Counted from the stretch's first letter, positions 9,301 through 17,174 are shown. The stretch is 64,000 nucleotides of DNA from Candidatus Pacearchaeota archaeon (GCA_017608405.1 JAFCFX010000001.1:7667-71666), one strand, 5' to 3'. The notes: generated by a model not told the origin, from the sequence alone. Made by a program: numbers and translations.

Positions 9301-9734
9301 GGGATAAAATTTGGGAAAAAGCTAGTAAAATGGTTACTGATAAACATAATTCTCAAAGAGGAGAATATTTTGATAATGTTTGTGCAAGATTTGTTACAGA
9401 AGTTTTAACTGCTGCAAGGATAGGGGGTTTTGAAGCTCCTTCAGATGAAGATTTTTGCCCTTTAGATAGTGTTAATACTCTAGTAAATGAGTTAGAGAAA
9501 AGAGATGATTTTATTGAAATTCAAGATCCAACATCTTTTGAAAAAGGAGATGTTGTGGCATTTAAATGGTCTGTAGGGGGACAGCATATGACTATCTTTA
9601 ATCAATATGATTCAAGTAATATAAAACACTTATATGTTTTTGGAGAAGGTGGTGAAGATGATCCTGCAATTTTACAAGATTATGTATTAGGACCAGAGGC
9701 GAGTATTCTTGGGGCTTATAGATATGTTGGATAA
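3300..9734 (+). CDS. Giant (2144 aa) secreted Cys-rich protein with C-terminal NlpC/P60-like domain
   Basis: Signal peptide; Cys-rich blocks; TPR-like AYLYYLRGVAYAALA; C-terminal CARFV...KGDVVAF...QHMTIF. Confidence 0.75.
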   Translation: MKMKKQLIFAMVLIVGILLLSFVSASASRSISQYISPGLSSGFFGQAYAPIDRSMCEAGQDFIVQIAPGGCTPPVIRQDLLEERDVPITCQLAATKINPLIDVEAIDYISFGTKFPRGVKAMNFYPAQAALGEMRTRLNSPILNNIGYVVIVLERQQNASKLPNCGLDPITKTEVCWVEGNLTANIRYDIKNAFGIGPVNFYLPEMSDSDWEDQHTQYSFWNGKGYLRAEAIQEDRATISLYDGVREIDSVRLEEGHTSEKIYLPGFDCLTALELELKGLENPGTRARLDINGEVVEVGDGERFLENRCKVTDLEVLGLVQTVEGYCERDNGKKEDFVFPISPKIKLKIGSGEPKEYSVGDWLYSSGETAVYLGYAGTRGDTSREEDLYVYLFSIPEHEKEGLGHDKLKVISDVVYNIEYKDVTGNALTNFVANMGKFYMGVTQQFMAYVTKGDNYARIGYGQDEKIGGQDVLVVGLAGAEDRSFNEQNLDFREYYTKAMQDYDTVINSFGTEEYSEEEIGFAEKALFEKIAFASSTQQKRVMLDFCDEFNELYPDSRYAEKIKSYCDNALKLASPEEPSEDFLINGRMKTISFEGIYEPDEEEYSADIRIQGPNGQSRVFTFRHNEQIYLDLFRDNGTQHTGEFIQLIDLDLDSAEVQTSFVSNKNTAGKISDFFFASSKKTLEKGVVQSIGSDYVLTLEKVRLKKQAFVRVRPAIDDAGTEADFRFKIGIETRLIKLSPEKTKEKIEKIEKRLEKWEKISSTLNKVVKTLNTACYATQLALTLKNLVTEGILKSGKSIARQEVMRLEEGWNDECGNLTGPDKQYKTNSACLLGEAKKINGDVDERFDAMKSTEEYFKTMQDDPEIKIKDSLFGDTVYDSEKLKKKLLDNKYEEQLTDEINFDSVEIKGEQILVSDILKGLNSSSTSIEQMRDMRMNADLLDSDSDVLRRMSKAQLEKDLVEIYQNTNKEIEYKSVLNDLRGKEGLSNIDIAVARSGDVEEIIYEGGIKGTGGFGDMPDGSQIMGLQFGGTWYIVELQTIKVNEYSVLNVYSSQTGKKEGDSEDLAKEMNKKFAFRSYDSSAYENPYLSSSGKTYPVVRYFETEPYKGYPAIVPFDLKKGWYARLTQTMPVFGNLAPVDASGRPTSFSVCNVWEDGKENNGRPDDKCTLINTNTGQPYDQVSGLSKTEAEKLVHDASEAIKQARSQYPAKGRIEINIGGRDKFYVKVGEPAVDVPDLQCEEVMSPKECNVLFNVCDPVICPSSRCNLGGNYHVQDVIQSGIVGSVALCFPNWVVLGGDVYVPVCLSGINAGVKAWITVEKSHRDCLQDSLATGEMTGICDQVYSIHTCEFFWKHGIPLANLLIPKALELATGQKAKGGGEYMGISHAWENAGKSFDYFTQYYAKNSFKAFKERSTEEVGGEFCKVAVSGVYPFMGGDAFDALTDPNTPYISYARFEEIPHTTATVPAMSQYKVFYHIYAGENSRAYYKVYLKGGAETSFYEDLGMVVVAEGYIDKGDYATGSRDILGISGYKQLCTMVNGDEKCGFKQVSTDFAVNYVTELYMKEQTSKTDIKSAKECYAGTPSAYSLANPLNLAGFGGQTVENVNEITNPAIYDRGVIRICSSGNPGKGDDIFWNDPNQSRWKPVGVCDETMDCWLDTESVERVIKATDLKEDVLKNQNENYQQILENSGNYLSETEFQEKISEIKKQEDPSNQLSMITQIFDNVFKNNDKAYLYYLRGVAYAALALQKYVVSVPEKILGKDNATTDYLEEVKVIGERNPKYPLFEFQDGRTKENFYFQYSGSEWWWSRVRDHEESWFPVTLVEDPGFTAFLDERGIKLPPNHDREQIAKLQGKDYVGGLKELIARTIRNDEPKGVIDYVNVVGIGGGATLDTETVKMSSTKMFYLEQEEMQTPTGKYKEVLIDIVDSRWAWSFDMENWDWSSPTDTNKVSSDIILLFEILERDNPVFLDGANLIFSIDAETPVMGEVEVIGNGQDITGDKIWEKASKMVTDKHNSQRGEYFDNVCARFVTEVLTAARIGGFEAPSDEDFCPLDSVNTLVNELEKRDDFIEIQDPTSFEKGDVVAFKWSVGGQHMTIFNQYDSSNIKHLYVFGEGGEDDPAILQDYVLGPEASILGAYRYVG

Positions 9735-9777
9735 GGTTTCTAAAGCTTTTTATATTGTTAATTGATCATAATTTTAA

Positions 9778-9861
9778 GCGGAGGTGCCGGAGTGGTCAAA
9801 CGGGCTGGATTTAGGCTCCAGTGGCTTAGTGCCTGCGAGGGTTCGAATCCTTTCCTCCGCA
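9778..9861 (+). tRNA. tRNA-Leu(TAG)
   Basis: GCGGAGG/CCTCCGC-A, anticodon arm CTGGA-TTTAGGC-TCCAG, long variable arm, TTCGAAT loop. Confidence 0.95.
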
Positions 9862-9875
9862 TAATGTTTTTAGAA

Positions 9876-10802
9876 TTAGTCTTTTTTCTTGTGTTCTTTT
9901 TCCTTTTGCTTAATTTTTTCTTCTAAATTAAGTCTTTCAATTAGCTCTTTGTATCTGTTTCTGATTGTGACTTCTGTGATTCCTGCAATGTCTGCAACTT
10001 CTCTTTGAGTCTTTTTTTCATCATTCATTAAAGCAGCAACATATAGGGCTGCTGCAGCAATTCCAGCAGGTCCTCTTCCTGAAGTTAATTCAACTTTTTC
10101 TGCTTGCTTTAATACTTTTAAAGCATCATTTTGAGTTCTTGGAGAGAGTTTTAATACACTTGAAAATCTTGAAATATAATCTTTTGGAGAACTTTGTTTA
10201 ACTTTAATCTGTAATTTTCTAATTATGAATCTATAGGTTCTTCCAATTTCTTTTCTTTCAACATCAGAAGCTGTTGCCATTTCATCTAAGGTTCTTGGGA
10301 TATTATAAGATCTACATGCAGCGTATAAACAAGCAGCAATTACAGATTCCATGCTTCTTCCTCTGACAAGTCCTCTTTGAAGAACAAAATTGTAAATTCT
10401 TGAAGCTTCATCTCTTACGACATTTGGTAGATTAAGATATGAAGAAATAACTCTTAATTCGGCCATTGCGAGTCTAAGGTTTCTTTCAATACTCGTAGAT
10501 ACCCTTTCTTGCCACTTTTTTAATCTTAAGAATTTCCTTGTTTGTCCTGGTTCTAGTTTGTAAATATCTGAGATTTCCCCAACATTTGTGGCAAGTCCCT
10601 TATCAAACTTTTGCATGCTTATTGGAGCTCCACCCCTTCCTTTTTTCTCATCTTTATCAAACTTACCTTGTAAATCTACCCCTGTATCTACCATTTTTTC
10701 TTCAATTACAAGGCCACAGTCATTGCAAATAACTTCTCCTAGGTGAGAATCATAGGTTAGATTAATACTACCGCATTCTGGGCATTTTTTTACAAAACTC
10801 AT
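9876..10802 (-). CDS. tfb: Transcription initiation factor IIB
   Basis: CPECGS...GEVICNDCGLV Zn ribbon; GLVRGRS; GRGPAGIAAAALY; TEVTIRNRYKEL. Confidence 0.97.
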   Translation of the reverse strand: MSFVKKCPECGSINLTYDSHLGEVICNDCGLVIEEKMVDTGVDLQGKFDKDEKKGRGGAPISMQKFDKGLATNVGEISDIYKLEPGQTRKFLRLKKWQERVSTSIERNLRLAMAELRVISSYLNLPNVVRDEASRIYNFVLQRGLVRGRSMESVIAACLYAACRSYNIPRTLDEMATASDVERKEIGRTYRFIIRKLQIKVKQSSPKDYISRFSSVLKLSPRTQNDALKVLKQAEKVELTSGRGPAGIAAAALYVAALMNDEKKTQREVADIAGITEVTIRNRYKELIERLNLEEKIKQKEKEHKKKD

Positions 10803-10916
10803 TTTACATTAGAACCTTTGCTAATTTCCTAGTTAATAGTAAGTTTTTTAAAGCTTTCCCTTTTTTAAAGCTTTTGGTTTTTGTGGCTATGTTAGAATGG
10901 TAAAAGTAGAAAGATA

Positions 10917-11285
10917 TTACTTAACTAAAACTCCATTAATAAGGCCTTCTTGGCTTGGTCGATTAGTTATCTTAACTTTTCCTAGTTCTGTTTCAACAAT
11001 GGTGCCTTTTGTTAAGACATTTTGTCTTGCTAAGAATCGATTTGAAGGTGTTTCAAGAACATTTTTGATTTCTAATTTTTTTTGTTTTTTGTCTTTATCT
11101 TCAATATTAACAAATTTTGCTTTGAGTAGGAATGTTTTTTTGCTTCCTCCCCTTATTTTTTTTGATTTTCTTTTTTCTTCTCCTAGCTTCACTACTTTTT
11201 TTTGTCCTGCTCTTTCATGGAACTTCTTTTTTCTTCTTTTAATATACTTCCCACCTGAAATTTTTCTTCCTTTTTTGCTTACCAT
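10917..11285 (-). CDS. rps8e: 30S ribosomal protein S8e (eS8)
   Basis: RKISGGKY...RGG...TKGTIVETELGKVKITNRPSQEGLINGVL. Confidence 0.95.
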   Translation of the reverse strand: MVSKKGRKISGGKYIKRRKKKFHERAGQKKVVKLGEEKRKSKKIRGGSKKTFLLKAKFVNIEDKDKKQKKLEIKNVLETPSNRFLARQNVLTKGTIVETELGKVKITNRPSQEGLINGVLVK

Positions 11286-11461
11286 TTAAAACCTCCACCG
11301 GGTTTTAGATCCCCGGACCTATATAAAAAGAATAAAAATGCTTTAAATAGGTTTCTGTTTCAGGGAGAGAAACGTTTAAAAACTAATTTTGCAGAGATTA
11401 AATATGGTTAGGCTGAAATCTTTTAGATTTCGCTAAAACCATTTGTAAATTAAAATTTAAA

Positions 11462-11713
11462 ATGGTTAATGGAATAGAAAGACCACTAGATTTGTTGAAC
11501 AACTCTAAAGGAAAAGAAGTTTTAGTACATTTGAAAGGAGACAAACAGTTTGTAGGAACTTTGTTAGCCTTTGACATACACATAAATTTGGTGTTGGACA
11601 ACATTAAAGAAATGCAGAATGGTGAGATAAAGCGGAACCTTGGATTGACTTTTCTAAGAGGGGATACAATTATTTTTATTTCTCCGGCTTCAACAGCCTT
11701 AAAGAAAGAATAA
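11462..11713 (+). CDS. Sm/Lsm (SmAP) protein
   Basis: RPLDLL...VLVHLKG...GTLLAFDIHINLVL...FLRGDTIIFISP (Sm1/Sm2 motifs). Confidence 0.95.
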   Translation: MVNGIERPLDLLNNSKGKEVLVHLKGDKQFVGTLLAFDIHINLVLDNIKEMQNGEIKRNLGLTFLRGDTIIFISPASTALKKE

Positions 11714-11803
11714 GCGTTTACCTGTTAAATTTTCGCAAGGCCCAGAATTTATTTCTAGTTGGCACTTTGATAGTTTTATAAATTAATTCTTCTTATTTAT
11801 TTT

Positions 11804-12706
11804 ATGGCATCAAAGATAAAAATAACATTTTTAGGCACAGGAGATCAGATTCCAAGTGCGCAGAGGAATCATACAGCTGTGCTTTTAACATATGAAGGAG
11901 AAAATATTTTGATTGATTGCGGAGAAGGAACTCAAAGACAATTTAGAAAAGCAAGATTAAATCCTTGCAAAGTAAATAGAATTTTAATTACTCATTGGCA
12001 TGGAGATCATGTTTTAGGACTTCCTGGTTTTTTTGCTACTTTAGCTCATAGTGGTTATAAAAAAACTCTTTATATTTATGGCCCAAGAGGAACAAAAAGA
12101 TTTGTGTTTGAACTTTTCAAGGTTTTTAATTTTAAAAGAGAATATGAAATTAAAATTAAAGAAGTAGCTGGGAAATTTTTTGAAACAAAAGACTTTTATT
12201 TAGAAGCTGAAAAAATGAAGCATGGAATTCCTTGCAATGCTTATAAATTTGTAAAAAAGGGGTTAATAAGAATTGATAAGGTAAAAATGAAAAAAGCAAA
12301 GCTGCTACAAGGACCTCATCTTCAGAAATTAAAACAAGGTAAAGATATTAAGTACAAAGGTAAAAAATACAAGGCTAAAAATTTAACTTTTGTTGATGGA
12401 GATAAAAAAATAAGTTTTGTTTTTGATACCTTAGATAACAAAAATATTCAAAAATTTGCAACAGATTCTGATGTGTTTGTTTGCGAGGCTCCTTTTAGTA
12501 ATGAAATTAAAAAACAAGCTACAGAGCATTTACATATGACTGCAAAACAAGTAGCAGAAAATGCAAAAAAAGCTAAAGTAAAAAAATTAATTTTAACTCA
12601 CCTGAGTCAGAGGTATGAAAAAAATCCCAAAGTAATTTTAAATGAAGCTAAAAAAGTATTTAAGAAGACTTTTATTGCTAATGATTTAGATGTTTTTGAG
12701 ATATAG
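11804..12706 (+). CDS. rnz: Ribonuclease Z
   Basis: FLGTG..P...RN; DCGEGTQ; THWHGDH; HMT; LTHLSQRY. Confidence 0.95.
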   Translation: MASKIKITFLGTGDQIPSAQRNHTAVLLTYEGENILIDCGEGTQRQFRKARLNPCKVNRILITHWHGDHVLGLPGFFATLAHSGYKKTLYIYGPRGTKRFVFELFKVFNFKREYEIKIKEVAGKFFETKDFYLEAEKMKHGIPCNAYKFVKKGLIRIDKVKMKKAKLLQGPHLQKLKQGKDIKYKGKKYKAKNLTFVDGDKKISFVFDTLDNKNIQKFATDSDVFVCEAPFSNEIKKQATEHLHMTAKQVAENAKKAKVKKLILTHLSQRYEKNPKVILNEAKKVFKKTFIANDLDVFEI

Positions 12707-12740
12707 AAACTTTTATTAATCTGTTTTTGTTTAAGGTTTT

Positions 12741-13010
12741 ATGGAAGAAAAATTAGAAAAAAGAATACATTTGACTGCAAAAAAACATTTATTTTCTTTA
12801 AATACTAGATTGAAATTCAAGAGAAAAATATGTGCTGTTTTTGGACATAGAAAGGAATCAGTTAGAAAAGCAGTTGGTTTAATAGGGCATACTCAATGTT
12901 ATTGTAGTTATTGTTTTAGAGGGTATAAGAGGTCCCCTAAAAGCGGAGATCTTGAAAAAGATATAAATTATATTTCTCCAGAGGTCTGGAGTATGCAATT
13001 TAATTGGTAA
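12741..13010 (+). CDS. Hypothetical protein, possible Zn-binding (ICAVFGH...CSYC)
   Basis: 89-aa ORF with upstream TATA-like box; Cys/His pattern. Confidence 0.55.
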   Translation: MEEKLEKRIHLTAKKHLFSLNTRLKFKRKICAVFGHRKESVRKAVGLIGHTQCYCSYCFRGYKRSPKSGDLEKDINYISPEVWSMQFNW

Positions 13011-13049
13011 TAGAAACATTTTAAATATAACTTTTTCTTGTTTTGATTA

Positions 13050-13107
13050 GGGTCTGTAGTTCAGCCTGGATAAGCTGGAATGTAAAATTCTGCTAAATCC
13101 ATCTGAC
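13050..13107 (+). other. tRNA 5'-fragment (about nt 1-21) followed by a fold-back hairpin
   Basis: GGGTCTG-TA-GTTC-AGCCTGGATA (19/23 identical to the adjacent tRNA-Arg 5' end), then a hairpin and ATCCATCTGAC. Confidence 0.55.
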
Positions 13108-13199
13108 GCCCCTGTAGCTCAGCCTGGATAGAGCGACTGCCTTCTATCTATTGAGGTGAAGAAAGCAGTAGGTCGCAGGTTCGAATCCTGTCGGGGGCA
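13108..13199 (+). tRNA. tRNA-Arg(TCT) with 17-nt intron (13147-13163)
   Basis: GCCCCTG/CGGGGGC acceptor; ACTGC/GCAGT anticodon stem; CTTC/GAAG splice helix with AAA bulge. Confidence 0.92.
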
Positions 13200-13261
13200 T
13201 GAAATCTCTAATGAGATTCCACGCCACTAGAACGCCCATGCGTGGTCATCCTAGGGCATTT

Positions 13262-13399
13262 GCGGAGGTGGCACAACGGTACTGCAGTCGGTTGCAGCTG
13301 GGGGGCACCAAGGTTCCCCTTACGATAACCCCTCCTTTTTCGAAAGGAGAAGGAAAGGCAAAACCCGACTTTTCGTGGGTTCGACTCCCACCCTCCGCT
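13262..13399 (+). tRNA. tRNA-Cys(GCA) with 66-nt intron (13298-13363)
   Basis: GCGGAGG/CCTCCGC with U73; GTCGG/CCGAC stem; TTGC/GCAA splice helix, AAC bulge. Confidence 0.92.
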
Positions 13400-13412
13400 T
13401 ATTTTTTTAGAA

Positions 13413-14204
13413 TTATTTTTTTGATCTTTTTTTTCTAGATCGTCTTTCAATTGCCAGAAGAATTGTTGCACCGAAAATTACAAACACAAAAACATAAACA
13501 AATTTATTATCTTTAACATAACTAAGGAGTGCCATTTCTGAATCTTCATCTGGACTTATTCCTCCTGTTAAAGGAGTCCTTCCAGCAACATTTTGATCTA
13601 AAGCTCCAATTGCTTGCCCTGTCCCTGTTAATCTTACTCCTCCCTTAGTTAAAGCAGGACTTATTCCATCATCTACTCTTATTTCATAATTTCCCTCTGG
13701 GGCAACTAAATTATATACAATAGATTCTCCTGGACTTAAACTAGGAGATTTTGTTCCAGTAGTTTGACCAATTGTGATTTTAATTGTTCTAGTATATTGG
13801 GTATTTCCCATGTTGGTCACTAATAGTTTGTTTCTATCTAATGAAAATCTTGCTAATTCTTTTCTTCCTATTTCAAAAAAATCTACTTCTTCATGATCTT
13901 GATATTTTACAGTTATTGTACCTTGTCCAGATGTTGCCGTTTCTCCAAGATCAATTATGATTGTATCTTTTGAATTAAATGTTTGTTCTATTTTAGATTT
14001 TTTTTCTGAGTCTTCTAAAATAATAAGAACTTCATCATAGACTAAATTGCTTTGATCATCATAGAGATTTATTTTAAAAGTAATTTTTTCTCCTGGTGCA
14101 AAATTATTGTTGTCTTCTGGAAATTCTATTTGAATTGATTGAGCAAGAACTAATGGAGATAATAAGATGGCACAGAATAAGAAAACTAAAACTTTTTCTT
14201 TCAT
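13413..14204 (-). CDS. Membrane-anchored surface protein
   Basis: Signal peptide, beta-rich body, C-terminal TM followed by basic tail. Confidence 0.8.
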   Translation of the reverse strand: MKEKVLVFLFCAILLSPLVLAQSIQIEFPEDNNNFAPGEKITFKINLYDDQSNLVYDEVLIILEDSEKKSKIEQTFNSKDTIIIDLGETATSGQGTITVKYQDHEEVDFFEIGRKELARFSLDRNKLLVTNMGNTQYTRTIKITIGQTTGTKSPSLSPGESIVYNLVAPEGNYEIRVDDGISPALTKGGVRLTGTGQAIGALDQNVAGRTPLTGGISPDEDSEMALLSYVKDNKFVYVFVFVIFGATILLAIERRSRKKRSKK

Positions 14205-14285
14205 ATTTTTTTTAGTTATTTTATATATTTAAATATTGTGGAATTTCATAAGAAAGTATTTAAAATAAAGTTTCTATAGGTATAT

Positions 14286-17174
14286 ATGAGAAAGAGGGAG
14301 AGGATTGTTACTTATTTATTTATTGTAGTTTTACTTGGTTTTGCAATTGGTTTTTTATATGTAGCAGAGGTAAGACTTACTGGATTTGCTGTTTTTGGGG
14401 ATTCTGGAGTGGAAGTTGAAAAAGGAGCTTATTGGGATAAGTATGAAGATGCACAAGGGATTCAAAGACTAAAAATTCATAACACTCCTATTAATTATTA
14501 TGATGGAAATGATTATGTTAGTATTACTTATGGTTCTTGTGGGAGCAATTGTTTCAGAGATTGGAATGGATTAATCTATAGAGTAAGTACAGATCCTCAA
14601 AAAGCGTACATAAATTTATATGATTCTGAAGATAATTATATTTCTAGTTTTGGTTTTGGCATTACTGGACAGATTGGAGCAAATACTTATAAATATACTA
14701 CTTTGAATTTTACATGGACTTGGACCCAAGAAACTGTTGGAGAGGAATATATTTTTACAGGATCGAATAATCAAGCTAATTTTAATTGGACTCAAGAATT
14801 TCATTTTTATCCAAATCAATCAATGAAGATTAAAAATACAATTACAAATAATTTGGGAGTGAGTGTTGATAATACTGAATTTTGGTTTATTCAGACTATT
14901 GGATCAAATCAAGGTGTTTGGTTTAATGGAACTAAATATGATCAAGATGTATATAGGTCAGGAAATTTTGATGCGTTAATGTCAAATATTCAGTTTGAAG
15001 ATAATTATGTTTTTGATTATAGTGATTTGCTTGTTAATGGGTTTAATATTACTTCATTTTATTTAGGGGATGGAGAGGTTGTGGGGGTTGGAGGAACAAG
15101 ATTACTAGCAATTGGAATAACAAGGGGAAGCAGTGTATTTTCAGATGGAGTTGCTGTGGTTGTTGATCCTAGTGTAAAAGTAAGTGAGGGAGGGGATGAT
15201 GCATATGTGGCTTCTGGGAGTCCAAATCAAAATTTTGGAACAAATACAGGATTAGAAGTAAGAAGACAAAGTCCAACAAGAAGATCATATCTTATGTTTA
15301 ATATTTCTGAGATCCCTGTTAATCAAGTGATAGATGATGCAGAATTATGTTTGTATCTTTATGATGACGTGATTTCTGGGGCCACTACAATTTCAATAAA
15401 TCATGTTCACAATATTTCTTGGTGCGAGGGAAATGGAGGGAGTGATGGAAGCCCTGTTTGTGAAATAACTTGGAACAATCAACCTTGCGGAACAAATTTT
15501 GATAATTCTTCTTTATGTAATTTGACTTCAGAATCAAATATTACTAATGATGGAAATCAAGATAATACTTGGCAATGTTGGAATATTACTGCTTTGGTTT
15601 CTAAATCTTACTTGGATGGTAGCAATAAAACTGCAATGGTTTTGACTACAAATGATTCAGGGAGTGCAGATAAATTTAGATCAAAAGAATATAGTGATTC
15701 TGCTTTGTGGCCTTATATTAATGTTACTTATCATACTGCAAATATTGCCCCCTCTATAAGTCTTGTAGAGCCCCAGAACCTTGTGTATGGTTATAATGAA
15801 TCTTTATCTTTGAATTTTTCTGCTTTTGATATTGATGATAATTTAGATACTTGTTGGTATACAATTAATGCAGGGAGTGGGATTATTCTTGCAAATTGCA
15901 CTAATACTACTTTTGATGTTTCTGAAGAGGGAGTTTATAATTTGACAATTTATGTAAATGATACTTTTGGGGAGCAGGCAAGTGATAGTGTTAATTTTAA
16001 TATAGATTTAACAGGAGTAAGTATTTCTGTTTCAGAGCCTCAAGGAGACAAGACTTCTAGAACAGAAATTCCTTTGCAATATTCTGTGGTTGGGAATAAT
16101 TTAACTTGTTGGTATGAGGTAAGAACTTCAATTGGGGGAAGTGTCATTGATAATTTAACCCTTGTAAATTGTTCTGAGTCAAGTTTTGATGTTTCTTCAG
16201 ATGGAGATTATGTTTTGAGTTTATATGCAAATAATAGTTTTGGAACTTTTAATTTAACAAGTTCTAGTTTTAGTGTTTCAACTTCTTCAACTCCACCAGA
16301 TAATGGTGGGGGTAGCGGGGGGGGGAGTAGTAGTGGATCTTATACTTTAGCAACAGGACTCTTTATAGGCCCAGTACAGGATTTAATTATAGAGGCTGGA
16401 AAAACAAAGAAAATAAATGTAAATGTTAAAAATGAAAAGTTGGTTTTTTTACAAGACTGTAGGGTCGTAGGTGATGGAGATTATCCTGATTGGATTTCTC
16501 AAAGTGAAATTAAGGGCTTAGCTGCAGGAGAGTCTTATGATTTTATTTCTGATTTAACTATTCCTGAAGGTTTTGATTCAGGAATATATGGTTTGGGACT
16601 AAAGGTTGTTTGTGAAGGTGAAGAAAAAAATATTAGTTTTAATGTAGAGATTCTTGAAAAGAAATTTGATTTTCATTTAATTGATGTTGAGAGGTTTAGT
16701 GAAGATAAAATGAAAATAGTTTATTCTCTAGAAGAACTTGCAGGATTAGATCAGGAAATAGGAGTGGAATTTTTATTTTTTGATTTAGATGATGAGAAGC
16801 AAGCAGAGGTTAAAGAAAATAAGACAATCACCCCCAATTCAAATCAAGAATTCGAAGCCTTTGTTTCTATTGATCCTGATTTAAAAGGCGATTTAACTAT
16901 GTTAATTAATTTAAATTCAGAAGTTTATTCTTATTTTGTTCAAGAAAATATTGTTTTGGGCCCTTCAATTAGTGGTCTTGCTGTTTTAGCAGACAATGTT
17001 AATCTTAATAATATTTTTAGTATTGTCTTTGTTCTTCTTTTCTTGGTATTTGCTTTTTTTGTGATTAGAAAAATTAGGAGAGGCAAGGTAGGAGTTAAGA
17101 AAAAAAAATCAAGAAGAAAAAAATATGATTATGTAGTGCCTAAATATGTACTAATGGTCTTGTGTGGTGCCTAA
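14286..17174 (+). CDS. Large surface glycoprotein (DNRLRE-like and Ig-like domains)
   Basis: N-terminal TM + LTGFAV; DDAYV...NFG...RRSYLMFNIS...AELCLY; many N-x-S/T sequons; Gly/Ser linker; C-terminal TM. Confidence 0.8.
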   Translation: MRKRERIVTYLFIVVLLGFAIGFLYVAEVRLTGFAVFGDSGVEVEKGAYWDKYEDAQGIQRLKIHNTPINYYDGNDYVSITYGSCGSNCFRDWNGLIYRVSTDPQKAYINLYDSEDNYISSFGFGITGQIGANTYKYTTLNFTWTWTQETVGEEYIFTGSNNQANFNWTQEFHFYPNQSMKIKNTITNNLGVSVDNTEFWFIQTIGSNQGVWFNGTKYDQDVYRSGNFDALMSNIQFEDNYVFDYSDLLVNGFNITSFYLGDGEVVGVGGTRLLAIGITRGSSVFSDGVAVVVDPSVKVSEGGDDAYVASGSPNQNFGTNTGLEVRRQSPTRRSYLMFNISEIPVNQVIDDAELCLYLYDDVISGATTISINHVHNISWCEGNGGSDGSPVCEITWNNQPCGTNFDNSSLCNLTSESNITNDGNQDNTWQCWNITALVSKSYLDGSNKTAMVLTTNDSGSADKFRSKEYSDSALWPYINVTYHTANIAPSISLVEPQNLVYGYNESLSLNFSAFDIDDNLDTCWYTINAGSGIILANCTNTTFDVSEEGVYNLTIYVNDTFGEQASDSVNFNIDLTGVSISVSEPQGDKTSRTEIPLQYSVVGNNLTCWYEVRTSIGGSVIDNLTLVNCSESSFDVSSDGDYVLSLYANNSFGTFNLTSSSFSVSTSSTPPDNGGGSGGGSSSGSYTLATGLFIGPVQDLIIEAGKTKKINVNVKNEKLVFLQDCRVVGDGDYPDWISQSEIKGLAAGESYDFISDLTIPEGFDSGIYGLGLKVVCEGEEKNISFNVEILEKKFDFHLIDVERFSEDKMKIVYSLEELAGLDQEIGVEFLFFDLDDEKQAEVKENKTITPNSNQEFEAFVSIDPDLKGDLTMLINLNSEVYSYFVQENIVLGPSISGLAVLADNVNLNNIFSIVFVLLFLVFAFFVIRKIRRGKVGVKKKKSRRKKYDYVVPKYVLMVLCGA

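Noticed and set aside
13199-13471. ORFs 13199-13438 (+) and 13208-13471 (-)
   Set aside because: They overlap the tRNA-Cys gene and are shadow ORFs of GC-rich RNA sequence.
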